Positions 55,777 to 64,000 of a stretch of DNA of 64,000 bases are shown here, in pieces (position 1 is the first letter of the stretch; every line of letters begins with the position of its first letter). A program made the position numbers and the translations under genes. The notes beneath the pieces are model-generated. The model saw only the letters and a list, made by a program, of their open reading frames with translations. It searched no databases and was not told where the DNA came from. The DNA comes from Candidatus Binatia bacterium (GTDB lineage: Bacteria; Desulfobacterota; Binatia; Bin18): NCBI GenBank assembly GCA_951812575.1, contig OX638322.1, positions 710,850-774,849 on the forward strand. Direction: 5' to 3'.

Positions 55777-57030
55777 TTACCGTCCGGCATAGAACCCAAC
55801 ATAATCCTCCACCACGCTATAGGCGTGGCGGACGCAGATTTCCTGGTGCTGCAACGGCATATGGGTTTTTGCACCCGAGGCCAGCACATCTTGCATATGT
55901 TCGAGCGTTGTGCCGTCCTCCATAAGAATGTCGCGGAGTAATACCTTGCTATACTCCTGGCTGAATTTCTGACCCGCATTTTCCGCCTTGGGGAAATAGG
56001 TTCGCGTCTCCCATATCGTCCGGTCTGCGCTCATCGGCCAGAAGTGGTGGGTCAGATAGGTCCCATTGCTCGGGAAAATGGAGAAGTTCGGGAATATCCA
56101 AAAAACATCAATGGACCAGTCCGGCCGTCGGGTCGGATTGACCCCGGCCGGCAGGTTGTCCATGGCAAGACCACGCTCAACAACCACCGAACTCCCGAAC
56201 TGATAGGCCATGCCGGCTACCGGAGTCGGCGTATAGTCCAGGTTGCCGTACGACGAGGTGCGACGATGTCGTTCGTACAGGTCCAGACTCAGGAAGTGGC
56301 AATACGGGTTGGTCTCGCTCGTAAAGGCGGCTGCCGCCGATGCCTTATGGCGCACCGGGAAGTGATAACCCTCCTGAAAGGCGTCTTGGGCGACTTTCCA
56401 GTTGGCTTTGATCTCCGTTCGCCAGCAGAAGCGCGTCGCCGAAAGCTCGGGGAATGGATAGCCTTCCAGCCCAGGCACGACCTCCGCCAGGTAGGCCCGT
56501 AGCGTTTCGGTCGGGTTCGGGTCGAGATGGATGAAGATGAAGCCCGCCCAGGTGTCTACGGCCACGGGGGTCAGTCCGAGCCTGTCTTTTGGCACTCCAC
56601 AGAAACGCTGTTCGTCGGGGATGAAGGTCAGTCGGCCGTCCAGGCCGTAGCTCCAGCCGTGGAATTTACAGGTGAAATTCCGACACCTCCCCGCGTTATC
56701 CCACACGACCTTATTCCCCCGGTGGGAACACATATTGTGAAAGGCATGTATCTGACCGCCCTTGCCGCGAACGACCACAACCGAGGTCCGGCAGACCGGC
56801 AGAGCGGCGACTACATAATCGCCGGGATGCGGAATGTCTTCAATCCGACCCACATTCAGCCAGACATTCCGAAAGATACGTTCTCGCTCTAAGGCAAAAT
56901 ACTCACGAGAGATGTAGGGCTCGATAGGAATCGGGGCAGTTCCAAGATGCGGATACTTGTCATTCCAGCGGTCGTCGCTCTGGTCAGGAGCCGCATGCTC
57001 TCCAGCACCGGTCGGCTGCCTGTCCTTCAC
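55777..57030 (-). CDS. Rieske (2Fe-2S) aromatic ring-hydroxylating oxygenase alpha subunit (paralog 1)
   Basis: CSHRGNKVVWDNAGRCRNFTCKFHGW (CxH…CxxH). GTG start at 57030 after GGGAGGGAG. Confidence 0.85.
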   Translation of the reverse strand: MKDRQPTGAGEHAAPDQSDDRWNDKYPHLGTAPIPIEPYISREYFALERERIFRNVWLNVGRIEDIPHPGDYVVAALPVCRTSVVVVRGKGGQIHAFHNMCSHRGNKVVWDNAGRCRNFTCKFHGWSYGLDGRLTFIPDEQRFCGVPKDRLGLTPVAVDTWAGFIFIHLDPNPTETLRAYLAEVVPGLEGYPFPELSATRFCWRTEIKANWKVAQDAFQEGYHFPVRHKASAAAAFTSETNPYCHFLSLDLYERHRRTSSYGNLDYTPTPVAGMAYQFGSSVVVERGLAMDNLPAGVNPTRRPDWSIDVFWIFPNFSIFPSNGTYLTHHFWPMSADRTIWETRTYFPKAENAGQKFSQEYSKVLLRDILMEDGTTLEHMQDVLASGAKTHMPLQHQEICVRHAYSVVEDYVGFYAGR

Positions 57031-57115
57031 TGCTCCCTCCCTTTATGAGTCCACCCCCTCTCGTCACAACGCAAGAGGAACAGGGGGTGCCCCTCTTCGA
57101 ATCTGAGGGGAAGCT

Positions 57116-58216
57116 TTAATCGGCGACGGCCGCGGCGGGCTCGGCGTGGACGCGAAAGTCTTCCCGGTGCAATCCCGGCATCACGTCTGCAGCAAAACGG
57201 CGTAGATTCTCTTCCGCCCGCTGTATGGGCATCCCGCCATATTTGAAGATACCGATGAAGTGTTCGGTATCAACTTTGTTCCGAATGAACTCGATCTTCT
57301 CCAGACACATCTCGGGCGTGCCCACGCACTGAAAACTGATGAAATAATCGTTGACCGCCTGCGGCCCCATCTTTTTGCTGGCCTGACCCATTTTGTCGTA
57401 GTATTCGTAGCCTTTTACACCGGCGTGCGCGCCGTGCGAAAAACAGTAGTGCTCATCCGCCGACTGCCAATAGGCCCCCATATATTTCCGGGCACCATCC
57501 ATGGCCTTGGCCTCGGTATCGTCAACATAGACAAAGCAGCCGACAATGGGCTTGACCGGCTCCTTGCCCAAGCCTCGACAAATGGCATTATAGCGTTCCA
57601 ACTCTTCAGCGGTGGTGTCCCAGTCGCGCTGCGGAATCACCAGCACCCCAAAACCGAGCCGGGCCATCATCTCGGCCGACTCGGGGCTGATGGCCGCTCC
57701 ATACATCCGGCCCGTAAAGTCGGTAGCGGGCTGCGGACGGATGCTCATTTCAGGAATCTGAAAAAAATCGCCGGTATGTGAGAAGCGTTCGTTCATGAGG
57801 GCCTTGGTAACCACCTCGGCAGCCTCGGTAAAACGCGCCCGCGAGGTATCCATGGCCACGCGAAAGCCGTCATATTCGATCTGTGCGGCTCCCCGACCAA
57901 AGCCGAGCAGCAGCCGCCCACCGGACTGAATATCGAGCATGGCGATCTGCTCGGCGACGCGCACCGGGTCGTGCCACGGCAGCACCACGACCGCGCTGCC
58001 AAGCTGGATGCGCGAGGTCCGAGCGGCCATAAAAGTCAGGTATTGGAGCACATCAGGCACCATGGTGTAATCATCGAAGTGATGCTCCACGCTCCACAAC
58101 GAATCGAATCCCAGGGGCTCAACCAGGTCGGCCAAGCGCTGTTCTTCCCGATACACCTCGTGGTCGGGCTGCGGCCGACCCAGGTTCTGATGAATAATAT
58201 CCACACCGACTTTCAT
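57116..58216 (-). CDS. LLM-class flavin-dependent oxidoreductase
   Basis: PLGFDSLWSVEHHFDDYTMVPD…LLLGFGRGAAQIEYDGF. Paralog of 28847..29956. Confidence 0.8.
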   Translation of the reverse strand: MKVGVDIIHQNLGRPQPDHEVYREEQRLADLVEPLGFDSLWSVEHHFDDYTMVPDVLQYLTFMAARTSRIQLGSAVVVLPWHDPVRVAEQIAMLDIQSGGRLLLGFGRGAAQIEYDGFRVAMDTSRARFTEAAEVVTKALMNERFSHTGDFFQIPEMSIRPQPATDFTGRMYGAAISPESAEMMARLGFGVLVIPQRDWDTTAEELERYNAICRGLGKEPVKPIVGCFVYVDDTEAKAMDGARKYMGAYWQSADEHYCFSHGAHAGVKGYEYYDKMGQASKKMGPQAVNDYFISFQCVGTPEMCLEKIEFIRNKVDTEHFIGIFKYGGMPIQRAEENLRRFAADVMPGLHREDFRVHAEPAAAVAD

Positions 58217-58261
58217 GGCTCCCTCCTAGCGCGCGATACCGTGCCTCGGCTGATGCCTGTC

Positions 58262-58588
58262 TTATCTATGGCTGGCGACAAAGCGTTTGATGTCGTAGCC
58301 GTCCACCACACTGGGTTGGCCGAACTGCTCAACCGCGGGCGCAACTTCCGCCAAGGACAGAGTGAGATAAAACAGGCGCTTGGCGTCGTCCGGGAGTTCT
58401 TCCAGGCTGAACTGCTCCAGATAGGGCAGCACCTCTTCCATGCGCGCCAGCATGGCCTCGTAGAAGGCGGTGATGTCTTCCATAGCGCTGGCCTGACGGC
58501 GGTCGCTCCGCTCGTCTTCGGTTTCCAAGGACCAATCGATCCACTTCTCCAAGTCTTGGAACTGCTCGGGTAAGCGTGCCTCAGGCAT
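58262..58588 (-). CDS. Small conserved partner protein of Rieske oxygenase (108 aa)
   Basis: Start set at ATG 58588, preceded by AAGGAGG. It overlaps the Rieske stop by 8 nt. Paralog of 55438..55770. Confidence 0.6.
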   Translation of the reverse strand: MPEARLPEQFQDLEKWIDWSLETEDERSDRRQASAMEDITAFYEAMLARMEEVLPYLEQFSLEELPDDAKRLFYLTLSLAEVAPAVEQFGQPSVVDGYDIKRFVASHR

Positions 58589-59870
58589 GGGAAGCCGCCT
58601 CCTTTCCATTGGCAGCAAACGCGCGGTCAACCGGTTGCCCCTTGAGCATCTGGTCGATGACATGGTGGCTGTGGCGGACAAGAATCTCTTCGTCGTGCAG
58701 ATAAAACTCTTTTTTCGCCCCGGACGAGAGCATGGACTGGGTTTCCTCGAAGGTCCGACCATCTTCCATGATAATATCGCGGAAGATCACGTTGCCGTAT
58801 TCCTGACTGAAACGCCGCCCCGGCGTGGTCGCCTTGGTATAGTACTGGGTCGAGGTCCACAGCGTCTTATCCACGCCAATAGGCATGAACTGATGGGTAA
58901 AATACGACCCCTGAGAAACATCAACAAAGAACGCCGGGAAGATGACGTTCAGGTCCAACGACCAGGCCTCGCTCCGCAGCGGATTCACCCCTGCCGGCAG
59001 ACCGTCCATCGAAAAGTCGCTCCGAATGACAATCTCGCCATGCTGGGCCGCCAGTTTGGCCACCGGACTCGGTTTGTAGTCCGCGCTGCCGAACAGTGAC
59101 ATACTGCCATGTCGCGGATACAGGGTGACATCCAGGCTGTGGGCGTAGGGGTTGTCTTTGCTGGTAAACGAGTCCGGGATGGAGCGTTTGTGCAAAAAGG
59201 CAATATGGTACACTTCCTGAAAGGCATCCTTGATGACTTTCCAGTTGGCGTTCACCTCCGAGGTCCACGAGGTGCTGGTAGTTGAGAATTCACCGAACGG
59301 ATAGCCCTCCAGTCCGGTTGCCAGGTCGCCCAGATACTCCTGTAGGGTCTCGGTCGGATTGGGATCGACATTGATGAAGATAAAGCCCTCCCACACGCCC
59401 ACCGCTACCCGTGTCAGGCCCAGGGTTTCTTTCTTGAGATCGAAAAAGCTCTCCTCGTCAGGCACGAACTTCAACTTCCCGTCCAGGCCGTAACTCCAGC
59501 CGTGGAACTTGCAGGTGAAATTCTGGCACGTCCCGCCCTGATCCCACGCGATTTTATTCCCCCGGTGCGAGCACATATTATGAAAAGCATGCACCGCCCC
59601 GTCTTTGCCACGGACGACAATGACCGAGGTATTGCACGCGGCCAAGTCTTGCACGAAATAGTCTCCGGCGTTCGGAATCCGTTCCACCCGCCCGACGTTC
59701 AGCCAGACTTTCTTGAAAATCCGCTCGCGCTCCAGTTCAAACTGCTCTTGTGAGATGAACACGTCCGCCGGAACCGGACCGGTCCCGAGGTGGGGATATT
59801 TATTGTGCCACTTATAGCCGCCGGCCGCGCCGTTGCCGTTTGCCGGAGTTCCGTTTGGTGTTGTACTCAT
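58581..59870 (-). CDS. Rieske oxygenase alpha subunit (paralog 2)
   Basis: Start at ATG 59870 after GGGAGG. CSHRGNKIAWDQGGTCQNFTCKFHGW. Confidence 0.85.
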   Translation of the reverse strand: MSTTPNGTPANGNGAAGGYKWHNKYPHLGTGPVPADVFISQEQFELERERIFKKVWLNVGRVERIPNAGDYFVQDLAACNTSVIVVRGKDGAVHAFHNMCSHRGNKIAWDQGGTCQNFTCKFHGWSYGLDGKLKFVPDEESFFDLKKETLGLTRVAVGVWEGFIFINVDPNPTETLQEYLGDLATGLEGYPFGEFSTTSTSWTSEVNANWKVIKDAFQEVYHIAFLHKRSIPDSFTSKDNPYAHSLDVTLYPRHGSMSLFGSADYKPSPVAKLAAQHGEIVIRSDFSMDGLPAGVNPLRSEAWSLDLNVIFPAFFVDVSQGSYFTHQFMPIGVDKTLWTSTQYYTKATTPGRRFSQEYGNVIFRDIIMEDGRTFEETQSMLSSGAKKEFYLHDEEILVRHSHHVIDQMLKGQPVDRAFAANGKEAASHA

Positions 59871-60021
59871 TCTATTGCCTCCCTGTTTTGGTCTTCTTAT
59901 TCCATAGTCCGGTATCGTGTCCGTACTCCTTGACGAGAACGGGATCAGACCAGACTGAGCATGGTGGAGAACGAACTTAAAACACGGCAGAGTTTTTTGG
60001 TCAATAACGCACCGCCAGGGC

Positions 60022-61257
60022 CTATGGCCTGCGGTAGAAACCGACCATATCCTCGATGACTTTATGCCCGTGCCGGACCAAGAGTTCCTGGTCCTGGAGC
60101 ACGAATTCTTTTTTCGCGCCCGAGGCGAGCATGGATTGGGTTGCTTCCAGGGTGCTGGCATCCTCCAGTAGTGCCTCGCGCAGCAGCACCTTGCTGTATT
60201 CCTGGCTGAAACGCTGTGCAGTGTTCTGGGCAGCGGGGAAATACGTCTTGACTTCCCAGAGGGTCCGGTCCGGCGCGAGTGGCCAAAAATTATGCGTCAG
60301 ATAGGTGCCGTCAAAAACAAACACATCAAAATTAGGGAAAATCATATTGGCATCAAAGGCCCAAAACTGACTCCGGGTCGGATTCACCCCCGGCGGTAAG
60401 TCAGCCATCTCCCAGTCACGCTTGACAATCGACGCGCCAAAGCGATGGGCCAGGAGTTCGACCGGGCTCGGCTGATGGCCGGGATTCCCAAAGACGGACA
60501 TGCGGTGGTTGCGTTCATACAGCCTAAACGCAAAAGCGTGCGCATACGGATTGTCCGGGCTGGTAAATGAATCGGGCAGGGAACGCTTATGTAAGAAGGG
60601 CACATGATAGGCTTCGTGAAAGGCGTCTTTGAGCACCTTCCAGTTGGCCTTCAGTTCCGTAGACCAGGCATAGCAGGTCGTCAGGTGCGCAAACGGATAG
60701 CCCTCCAGTCCGGCTCCAAGCTCACCGAGATGTTCGGTGAGGGTTTCCGGCGGGGTCGGGTCGAGATTGATAAAGATAAAGCCTTCCCACATCTCGACCC
60801 GGACCGGCGTCAGACCGAGCCGGTCTTTTTTGAGATCGCAAAAGCGTTCTTCATCCGGAACGAATCTCAAGCTGCCGTTGAGACCGTAGCTCCAGCCGTG
60901 GAATTTACACGTAAAATTCTGACACGAGCCCTGTTGATCCCAGACGATCTTATTACCCCGGTGGGAACACATATTATGGAACGCCTGCAGGACGCCGTCC
61001 CGGCCCCGCGTCAGGATAACCGACGTATCACAGACGGGCAGGTCTTTGACAAAATAATCTCCAGGCCGGGGAAGCTGTTCGATGCGGCCCACATTGAGCC
61101 AGGTCTTCTTATAAATGCGCTCTCGCTCCAACTCGAAGTATTCCGTTGAGACGCACGGCTCAATCGGAATCGGCCCGGTTCCGAGTTCCGGGTAAGCCTC
61201 GTGCCAGATCGTGCCGTTCGTGCCGGCATCCGTGTCGTGGTGTGTTTGTATAGCCAT
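60022..61257 (-). CDS. Rieske oxygenase alpha subunit (paralog 3)
   Basis: Start at ATG 61257 (MAIQTHHDTD). CSHRGNKIVWDQQGSCQNFTCKFHGW. Confidence 0.85.
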   Translation of the reverse strand: MAIQTHHDTDAGTNGTIWHEAYPELGTGPIPIEPCVSTEYFELERERIYKKTWLNVGRIEQLPRPGDYFVKDLPVCDTSVILTRGRDGVLQAFHNMCSHRGNKIVWDQQGSCQNFTCKFHGWSYGLNGSLRFVPDEERFCDLKKDRLGLTPVRVEMWEGFIFINLDPTPPETLTEHLGELGAGLEGYPFAHLTTCYAWSTELKANWKVLKDAFHEAYHVPFLHKRSLPDSFTSPDNPYAHAFAFRLYERNHRMSVFGNPGHQPSPVELLAHRFGASIVKRDWEMADLPPGVNPTRSQFWAFDANMIFPNFDVFVFDGTYLTHNFWPLAPDRTLWEVKTYFPAAQNTAQRFSQEYSKVLLREALLEDASTLEATQSMLASGAKKEFVLQDQELLVRHGHKVIEDMVGFYRRP

Positions 61258-61524
61258 ATGAGGAACACCCTTTCTCTTGCGGCCACCAGTTCGGCCCGCC
61301 TTTCCAATCTCATACCACTCTTGCGGACAAGACAGTATAGCGCCGGGAAAAACACCCGGCGAGTGATCCGCCGCTCTGGCCTCGTCCTGCCCCTCGGCCT
61401 GGCTGAGACCAACTCTCTGCCAGCCCTCCCGAGCAGTGCTACGTCGGGAGGGGACGGTTTGCAGTGGCATCAAAAAGCAGTACAACAGGCAGGCCACAGC
61501 ACTCTATTCACACGGGAGGCGTAT

Positions 61525-61818
61525 ATGGATGTATTGATTACCGTCACATGGCGCGCAGGAGCGAGTCAGGCAGAGAATAGAGCCGCGGCCCAGGTCGTCC
61601 AGGAACGGCTCATGAATCCCTTTCCCGGTGTGACCATCATCAACACAGTGGCCGACCTCGGCAAACGCAAACTGTACGTCATCGCGGATGTCACCGAGCA
61701 TGCCGTCAACGATATCCGAACGACCCTGGAGCTAACGACCCAACCGGCAATCGAGAGCGTGGAGATTGCCCTTGTCGTGGACGGGAAGAAGGCCATCAAT
61801 ACCTATCTGGCGATGTAA
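61525..61818 (+). CDS. Small hypothetical protein, 97 aa (DUF3303-like by recollection)
   Basis: ATG 61525 after GGGAGG: MDVLITVTWRAGASQAENRAAAQVVQERLMNPFPGVTIINTVADLGKRKLYVIADV…. Confidence 0.45.
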   Translation: MDVLITVTWRAGASQAENRAAAQVVQERLMNPFPGVTIINTVADLGKRKLYVIADVTEHAVNDIRTTLELTTQPAIESVEIALVVDGKKAINTYLAM

Positions 61819-61844
61819 CCGCGGCTCTTGTCTTGATTGCTGGC

Positions 61845-61896
61845 CTACCATTCCTCCCCGAACGGCTGGATATCAAGCTCAAAGGTCCAGCCCGAG
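61845..61896. repeat. 52-bp direct repeat, orphan copy of the SDR gene 3' end
   Basis: ctaccattcctccccgaacggcTggatatcaagctcaaaggtccagcccgag is 51/52 identical to 63710-63761. On the minus strand it would encode …SGWTFELDIQPFGEEW*. Confidence 0.9.
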
Positions 61897-61903
61897 AGTC
61901 GTA

Positions 61904-62503
61904 TTATGTCGCACAGAAAGTTTTCAAACGGTCTACGGTCCGTCTCAAGCTGTCGGAGGTAGCACCTGCTCGCCCGATGTCCCATGCGCTACGAATGAAT
62001 TCCCCAAGGCGGCTGTTATATCCTGGGCCTACTTTACTGGTTGCACCGAGTCTGGGGACAAGCTCTTCTCGCAGACCTGTCTTCCGGCTCTTCCGTGCGA
62101 GGGAAACAAGGAATTCTTTTGGATGCGGTATCGTGTCTGTATCGCCCGGGATTCGACTCAACGGAATTGCCAGCAAGTCCGCGACCCCTCTCCGGTCTGC
62201 CATAATCCAGGACTCGACTTCCATGACGGCGATGCGGAGGAAGAAATGCGGATGCTGTACCCCTTTGATCCAAGATTGGATGAGTCGCGGCGGACACGGG
62301 TTGGGGACATCCTGGTCAGCCAGCATAAAGACCGGAAATCCCCTGGCCGTTCTGTTCAGGCTGTCCGCCTTGTTTTGAAGATAGCCTTTTCCTTTCAAGC
62401 CAAGACGCTGGCTGACAACGATACCCAGACTTGTAAGAATTCGTCTCGAAACTGCCTCGCTCAGCACATCTTCAACTGCCAGGATAGCGCTTTTCCCGCT
62501 CAT
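61904..62503 (-). CDS. TOPRIM-like nuclease-family protein (DUF4276/AriB-like)
   Basis: 199 aa with a Glu in ILAVEDVLSE, a DxD in FMLADQDVP and a second acidic motif AVMEVESWIMAD. It has a 4-bp overlap with the upstream ATPase gene. Confidence 0.6.
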   Translation of the reverse strand: MSGKSAILAVEDVLSEAVSRRILTSLGIVVSQRLGLKGKGYLQNKADSLNRTARGFPVFMLADQDVPNPCPPRLIQSWIKGVQHPHFFLRIAVMEVESWIMADRRGVADLLAIPLSRIPGDTDTIPHPKEFLVSLARKSRKTGLREELVPRLGATSKVGPGYNSRLGEFIRSAWDIGRAGATSDSLRRTVDRLKTFCAT

Positions 62504-63654
62504 CCGAAGAAGCTCAACTGCTCAGCATCGGTCGGTCTCGTCCGGGGGAGGACAACTTCTCCAACTGTAAAACCTGATGCAAGCAAGGTACGGACCTCGT
62601 CAATATCTGCCGCTGGTTTGACCTCGGTTCCTTCTTTCGCAGGAGTGAGCAAAAGGACTTCATGACCGTCGATCCCCTGCTCCGTCAGCAGCGCATCGCT
62701 GTGGGTGCTGACAAGCACTTGCCTGCGGCGGTTGCGCTGCATTCTGGATATAAGAGGAGCCAGTTGTGCCACAATAGCCGCATTCAGCGACAGCTCCGGT
62801 TCCTCCAGCAAGAGGAGTGAATCGCCCTCCAATAACGACCACAGAAAACCGATCAGGCGCAACGTCCCATCCGAGAACTGGTCTTCTCGCTGCAAGCCCG
62901 CCTTCGGCCGCCAGTGAGAGTACAAGGCCTGAATGTGCGGGCGGCCCGTCGCCGGGTCTCGGATAAATTGGAGTTGTTCAAGCTGCGGCACGGCGACTTT
63001 CAGCGCCTTCTCAATTTTTGACAGACGAGAGCGACGGGTTTTCTCGTTTGTTTTCGCCAGGCGTTCCAGAAGCCCCTGGCCGAAAGGGTCGTCTTCGAGA
63101 ACACGTCCTTGGATGGAATCGGCAAAGCGCAGGAGTTGGGGAACCAAGTGCAGGTAGGTGGTCGCTTGAAAGAAGCGGACTACAGCGCGGAAATCTCCGT
63201 TGACATTGATCTGTTCAAGAAACGTCTGAGTGAGTCGGTCCCGATCCTTTTTGTCCTCTGTATCGGGTCTATCAAGGATCTGCTGGTCTCCCTTCCAGAC
63301 CCGTTCATGGGTGAGATACGGGTTTCGATAGCCTCGCGTTTCTTGACGCAGGCCAAGCGCGTACTGCCATGTCGGCGGTTCGCCGGCGGACTCGGCAAGG
63401 TGGACCTCCAGCTCGATTTCCGGGTCACGCCGTGCGGCCAAGCTCCGAATCTTCGATACCCCGCCCCGATCTTTGACGGCCTTTTGGAGCCCGCCCCCTT
63501 CGGTTTTCGCAATGTCACGAAAGAAACGGAACACATCCAGGAGGTTGGATTTCCCGGAAGCATTCGCTCCGACGATGAACTGGCGCTCGCGCAGATCGAC
63601 AGCAACGTGCTGAAAATTGCGCCAGTTCTTCGCTGATAGATGGCTGACAATCAT
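62500..63654 (-). CDS. ABC-type (AAA_15/AAA_21, OLD/AriA-like) ATPase
   Basis: NWRNFQHVAVDL…FIVGANASGKSNLLDVFRF (Walker A), FSDGTLRLIGFLWSL (signature-like), LLLLEEPELSLN (Walker B), VSTHS (H-loop). Confidence 0.75.
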   Translation of the reverse strand: MIVSHLSAKNWRNFQHVAVDLRERQFIVGANASGKSNLLDVFRFFRDIAKTEGGGLQKAVKDRGGVSKIRSLAARRDPEIELEVHLAESAGEPPTWQYALGLRQETRGYRNPYLTHERVWKGDQQILDRPDTEDKKDRDRLTQTFLEQINVNGDFRAVVRFFQATTYLHLVPQLLRFADSIQGRVLEDDPFGQGLLERLAKTNEKTRRSRLSKIEKALKVAVPQLEQLQFIRDPATGRPHIQALYSHWRPKAGLQREDQFSDGTLRLIGFLWSLLEGDSLLLLEEPELSLNAAIVAQLAPLISRMQRNRRRQVLVSTHSDALLTEQGIDGHEVLLLTPAKEGTEVKPAADIDEVRTLLASGFTVGEVVLPRTRPTDAEQLSFFG

Positions 63655-63709
63655 AGTAGAACTCCAGAAAATCTTACGTCACACCAATCCTAACCGTTTG
63701 CCATCCCCG

Positions 63710-63761
63710 CTACCATTCCTCCCCGAACGGCCGGATATCAAGCTCAAAGGTCCAGCCCGAG
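63710..63761. repeat. 52-bp direct repeat, genuine 3' end of the SDR gene
   Basis: Partner of 61845-61896. It encodes …SGWTFELDIRPFGEEW* on the minus strand. Confidence 0.9.
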
Positions 63762-64000
63762 CGGTCCTGGTGGACGATGCTCCAGATGGTGTCGGCGATC
63801 GCCGACGTTTTAATGAAAAATTCGTCCGGTTTGTCCTTGAGCAAGGCACGCGCAAACGGCATGTCAATGCCGCCGTCAATGACCAGAAAAGACACATGGA
63901 TGCCCTGCGGACCGAGGGTGCGCGCAATGGATTCGGTAAGAATACGCTGAGCGGTTTTGGTGGGCGCAAAGGCGGCAAATTGCGGGCGGCCCCGTCTCGA
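63710..64000 (-). CDS. Short-chain dehydrogenase/reductase, 3' part only (gene runs off the window end)
   Basis: Manual extension of track ORF 63710..63895 stays open to 64000: …FAAFAPTKTAQRILTESIARTLGPQGIHVSFLVIDGGIDMPF…, with an SDR-type AxxxK region and a V.ID/PG segment. Confidence 0.65.
   Translation of the reverse strand, partial: SRRGRPQFAAFAPTKTAQRILTESIARTLGPQGIHVSFLVIDGGIDMPFARALLKDKPDEFFIKTSAIADTIWSIVHQDRSGWTFELDIRPFGEEW

Noticed and set aside
1-64000. tRNA, rRNA, tmRNA or riboswitch genes
   Set aside because: Intergenic gaps are short, and none showed cloverleaf-compatible or rRNA-like sequence by eye. tenA has no upstream gap that could hold a TPP riboswitch. Absence is not proven without tRNAscan/Infernal.

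Overview
By eye this is a GC-rich (about 60%) bacterial chromosomal segment, mostly transcribed on the minus strand. I found no rRNA, tRNA or CRISPR array.

The backbone is housekeeping and metabolic. It includes mutS2, rpoH (with the RpoH box), rpoZ, trmJ, tenA and ugd. It also carries an HDAC-family enzyme, a Ski2/Hel308-like helicase and four luciferase-like (LLM) flavin oxidoreductases. There is a tandemly duplicated D-aminoacylase, an ABC-ATPase (COG3044-type) and an orphan NorD/CbbO-like VWA protein. A catabolic cluster holds three paralogous Rieske oxygenase alpha subunits, HpaB-family and VOC proteins.

Three accessory patches interrupt this backbone.

1. About 14.8-18.8 kb is a decayed patch. 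It holds a coiled-coil membrane protein with in-frame 33-bp tandem repeats and a frameshifted partial copy of it. It also holds a retropepsin gene with an in-frame TGA, a patatin pseudogene, a 5'-truncated CHAT protease and a PIN remnant.

2. About 42.4-53.4 kb is a lower-GC defence island inserted between catabolic genes. It contains an MNT antitoxin whose HEPN partner is truncated, flanked by REP-like elements. Next come an IS630-family element and a stand-alone Abi/UG-class reverse transcriptase ending 12 nt before a type I R-M operon. In that operon HsdM carries a roughly 430-aa C-terminal extension, no hsdS is detectable, and higBA lies between hsdM and hsdR. A DUF45 metallopeptidase closes the operon.

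3. About 61.85-63.76 kb is a two-gene ABC-type ATPase + TOPRIM-like (PARIS/DUF4276-like) cassette. It is bracketed by 52-bp direct repeats that duplicate the 3' end of an SDR gene.

One further observation stands out. A roughly 55-60-nt GC-rich palindromic element sits in-frame inside two unrelated genes, the helicase and an alcohol dehydrogenase.

All family calls come from motif reading and memory, not database searches. Start codons were adjusted by hand where noted.
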